From Mobula hypostoma (lineage: Eukaryota), in assembly GCF_963921235.1 (NCBI RefSeq), contig NC_086097.1, forward strand, positions 120,406,001 through 120,470,000: a stretch of DNA of 64,000 nucleotides, in the 5' to 3' direction. Shown piece after piece: positions 62,031-64,000 of this stretch. How positions within the stretch are numbered: position 1 is the stretch's first letter; each line of letters opens with the position of its first letter. The notes under the pieces are model-generated. The model searched no databases. It was given only the letters and a program-made list of their open reading frames with translations, and was not told the origin of the DNA. The translations under genes and the position numbers were made by a program.

Positions 62031-63599
62031 TTTCACAACATATGTCAGTGATATAAAATCTTCTTCTGATTTAGATTCTGAATGCTAAATCGCCAACCTT
62101 CTCCCCACTGCTCACAGTCATTTGGAGCGCTACTGGGAGGAGATCGTCTTTGCCCGTGTGTCAGTGGATGGTGTTCTTTTCAGTGATCTGTGCTCTTCAT
62201 AGCCTGGCTGGGCCACTGAATGGTTGCATAATGAGGATCCAGGGAGGAGCAGGGTCTCTGGCTCTGAGTTGGACTTGGGGAGTGAGGATAAATTTGGAGT
62301 GGAATAAGGGGTCTATTGGGGAGAATAGACTATGCTGAACTTTGCTCTCATTGAGGTCAGGATTTTTAATGTATTTCCTTGCTCGAAGGCCAGCAATGTG
62401 GACATAGGACTAGAGGCATCAGGGAAGCCAGTGACATGGATGTGTGATGAAAGTCATCTATGGATGTCCGGCTGTCCTGACTCCCCGTGTGACAACACTT
62501 GCAGACTGGCTCCAACAAATTCCGATGAGTGTTGGCTGTTAACACAAATATCTGTTTCGAAGTGCATGTGATAAATAAATCTGTCTGAATCTGAATTTTA
62601 TAAAAGGCCAAAACTGTCTGCAAAATTAATTCTGTAACGTTCTTTTTTAAATTGCCCTGGCCCTGCATTGATTAACAAGGAAATCCTTAGTGAAATTTCT
62701 CACCTGCGTCATAATATGTCGGGAGCTGTGTATGGGTATGAGGTGCCCACCCTGAGGAAAGGACATGATAACATCTCCAAGCATTTTGCTGACAGTCACC
62801 TATGGGGAGAAAGTGTAAAGCTGATGATCTATGAGCTATGTGCACCTTGAGAGAAGGTGTTAAATTCAGTACAGAGAATCAGAAACAGAATTAGGTTTAT
62901 TATCAGTGACATATGTTGTAAAATTTGTTGTTTTGTAACAACAGTATAGTGCAAGACAAAAATTACTAAAAGATACAACGGGTGTATCTATGAACCTCAA
63001 GCACAACAGCTGTCAACTATCTGCAAATGTCCAGTTAGACAAACTAGGCCACTGCTACCATTAGCCTGAAAGAAACTCAAATCCATTAAAATGACACAGT
63101 ATTTGTTTGTGATTATAGATAATCCCTATAGACACTAACATTAGATCATTGACTTTGAAGGATTGTGCATATATTTTGGACTAATGGCTGCTTCTCCATG
63201 GGCATTGCCAAATTTAAATAAAGGATACCATATCTGACTTTCATTTTCAGCAAGCTATTGATGTAAGTCTTCCTGGGATTTATTAAATCTAGCAAGTATT
63301 TTGAATTGTATGAGATCTTGGCATTATCACTTTTAATGCTTGCCCGTGCATATCCTGAGGAAAACTCTGCCCTTAATGCAGTCATAGTTATTGCATGCTT
63401 GAAGCCATTAGTTGAAGGAATACCTTTATTAAACTTTTAAATTTCATTCAAAGGTTCAGTTTTGTTTCATTTCATGACAGATGAGGATTGGAATATTGTC
63501 TAGCTAGGGAGTCGGACATTTCAGTTTCTGATCCAGTTCACACTGAGCAGACATGCTGTCAGGTAGAAATTATATTATCCCCCAGAGGAAAGGAATAAA

Positions 63600-64000
63600 T
63601 TTCAGACAGGGCATAACCGTCCTTGGCATTATCATATCAGAGAATCTGTCCTGGGACCAGCATGCAAGTGCCATTACAAAGAAGGCTCAACAGTGCCTCT
63701 ACTTTCTTAGAAACTTGCATAGATGCAGCATGTCATCAAAAATTTTGACAAATGTCTATAGATGCACCGTGGAGAGTATCCTGACTGGTTGCATCATAGA
63801 CTGGTATGGAAACACCAATGCCCAAAAAATAGAAAAACCAAGATAAAATTAGTAGATACATTCCAGTCCTTCTCAGGCAAAGCCCTCACCCCCCCCACCC
63901 CCATTGAGCACACCTACAAGGAGTGCTGTTACAAAAAGTAACATCCAACATCAAGGAGCCCCACCATACAGGCCATGCTCTCTTCTCGCTGCTGATATCA
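63600..64000 (+). mobile_element. Rex1/Babar RT C-terminal fragment
   Basis: LGIIISENLSW..KKAQQCLYFLR..YRCTVESILTGCI.DWYGN. Confidence 0.85.

Larger units (their letters stand above)
60690..62085 (+). mobile_element. Rex1/Babar 3' part, interrupted by L1/Tx1 tail and mini-Penelope
   Basis: LIVDFRK, FRFLG, NFYRCTMESILTG, NSFFPSAIRFL motifs; tail tctgatttagattctga. Confidence 0.75.

Noticed and set aside
1..64000. CRISPR arrays, rRNA/tRNA genes, prokaryotic operons
   Set aside because: None seen; tRNA-like boxes occur only as SINE heads and recurring repeats are TE copies.

Overview
Vertebrate, almost certainly cartilaginous-fish (ray/shark-like) intergenic or intronic DNA; taxon is inferred from the repeat families. 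It is dominated by nested, mostly decayed transposable elements: many CR1 and Rex1/Babar LINE fragments, several Penelope-like elements (RT + GIY-YIG, pseudo-LTRs carrying minimal hammerhead ribozymes), two Gypsy LTR-element remnants, a young solo LTR, V-SINEs and an L1/Tx1 tail. No intact host protein-coding gene is recognisable. Highlights: (1) a Gypsy element (53.6-56.9 kb) whose RT-RNaseH-integrase core is replaced by an intronless fragment of host RBM25 mRNA, suggesting LTR-mediated gene capture; (2) an internally deleted Academ(X)-type DNA transposon (26330-29847) with ~105-bp TIRs and DDE, XPG/PIN and Cys-rich domains, whose right end plus flank is locally duplicated; (3) a dozen or more Penelope hammerhead-ribozyme copies, three with intact cores and the rest eroded mainly at CpGs. 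Boundaries without a stated TSD/TIR are approximate and family assignments come from motif recognition, not database searches.
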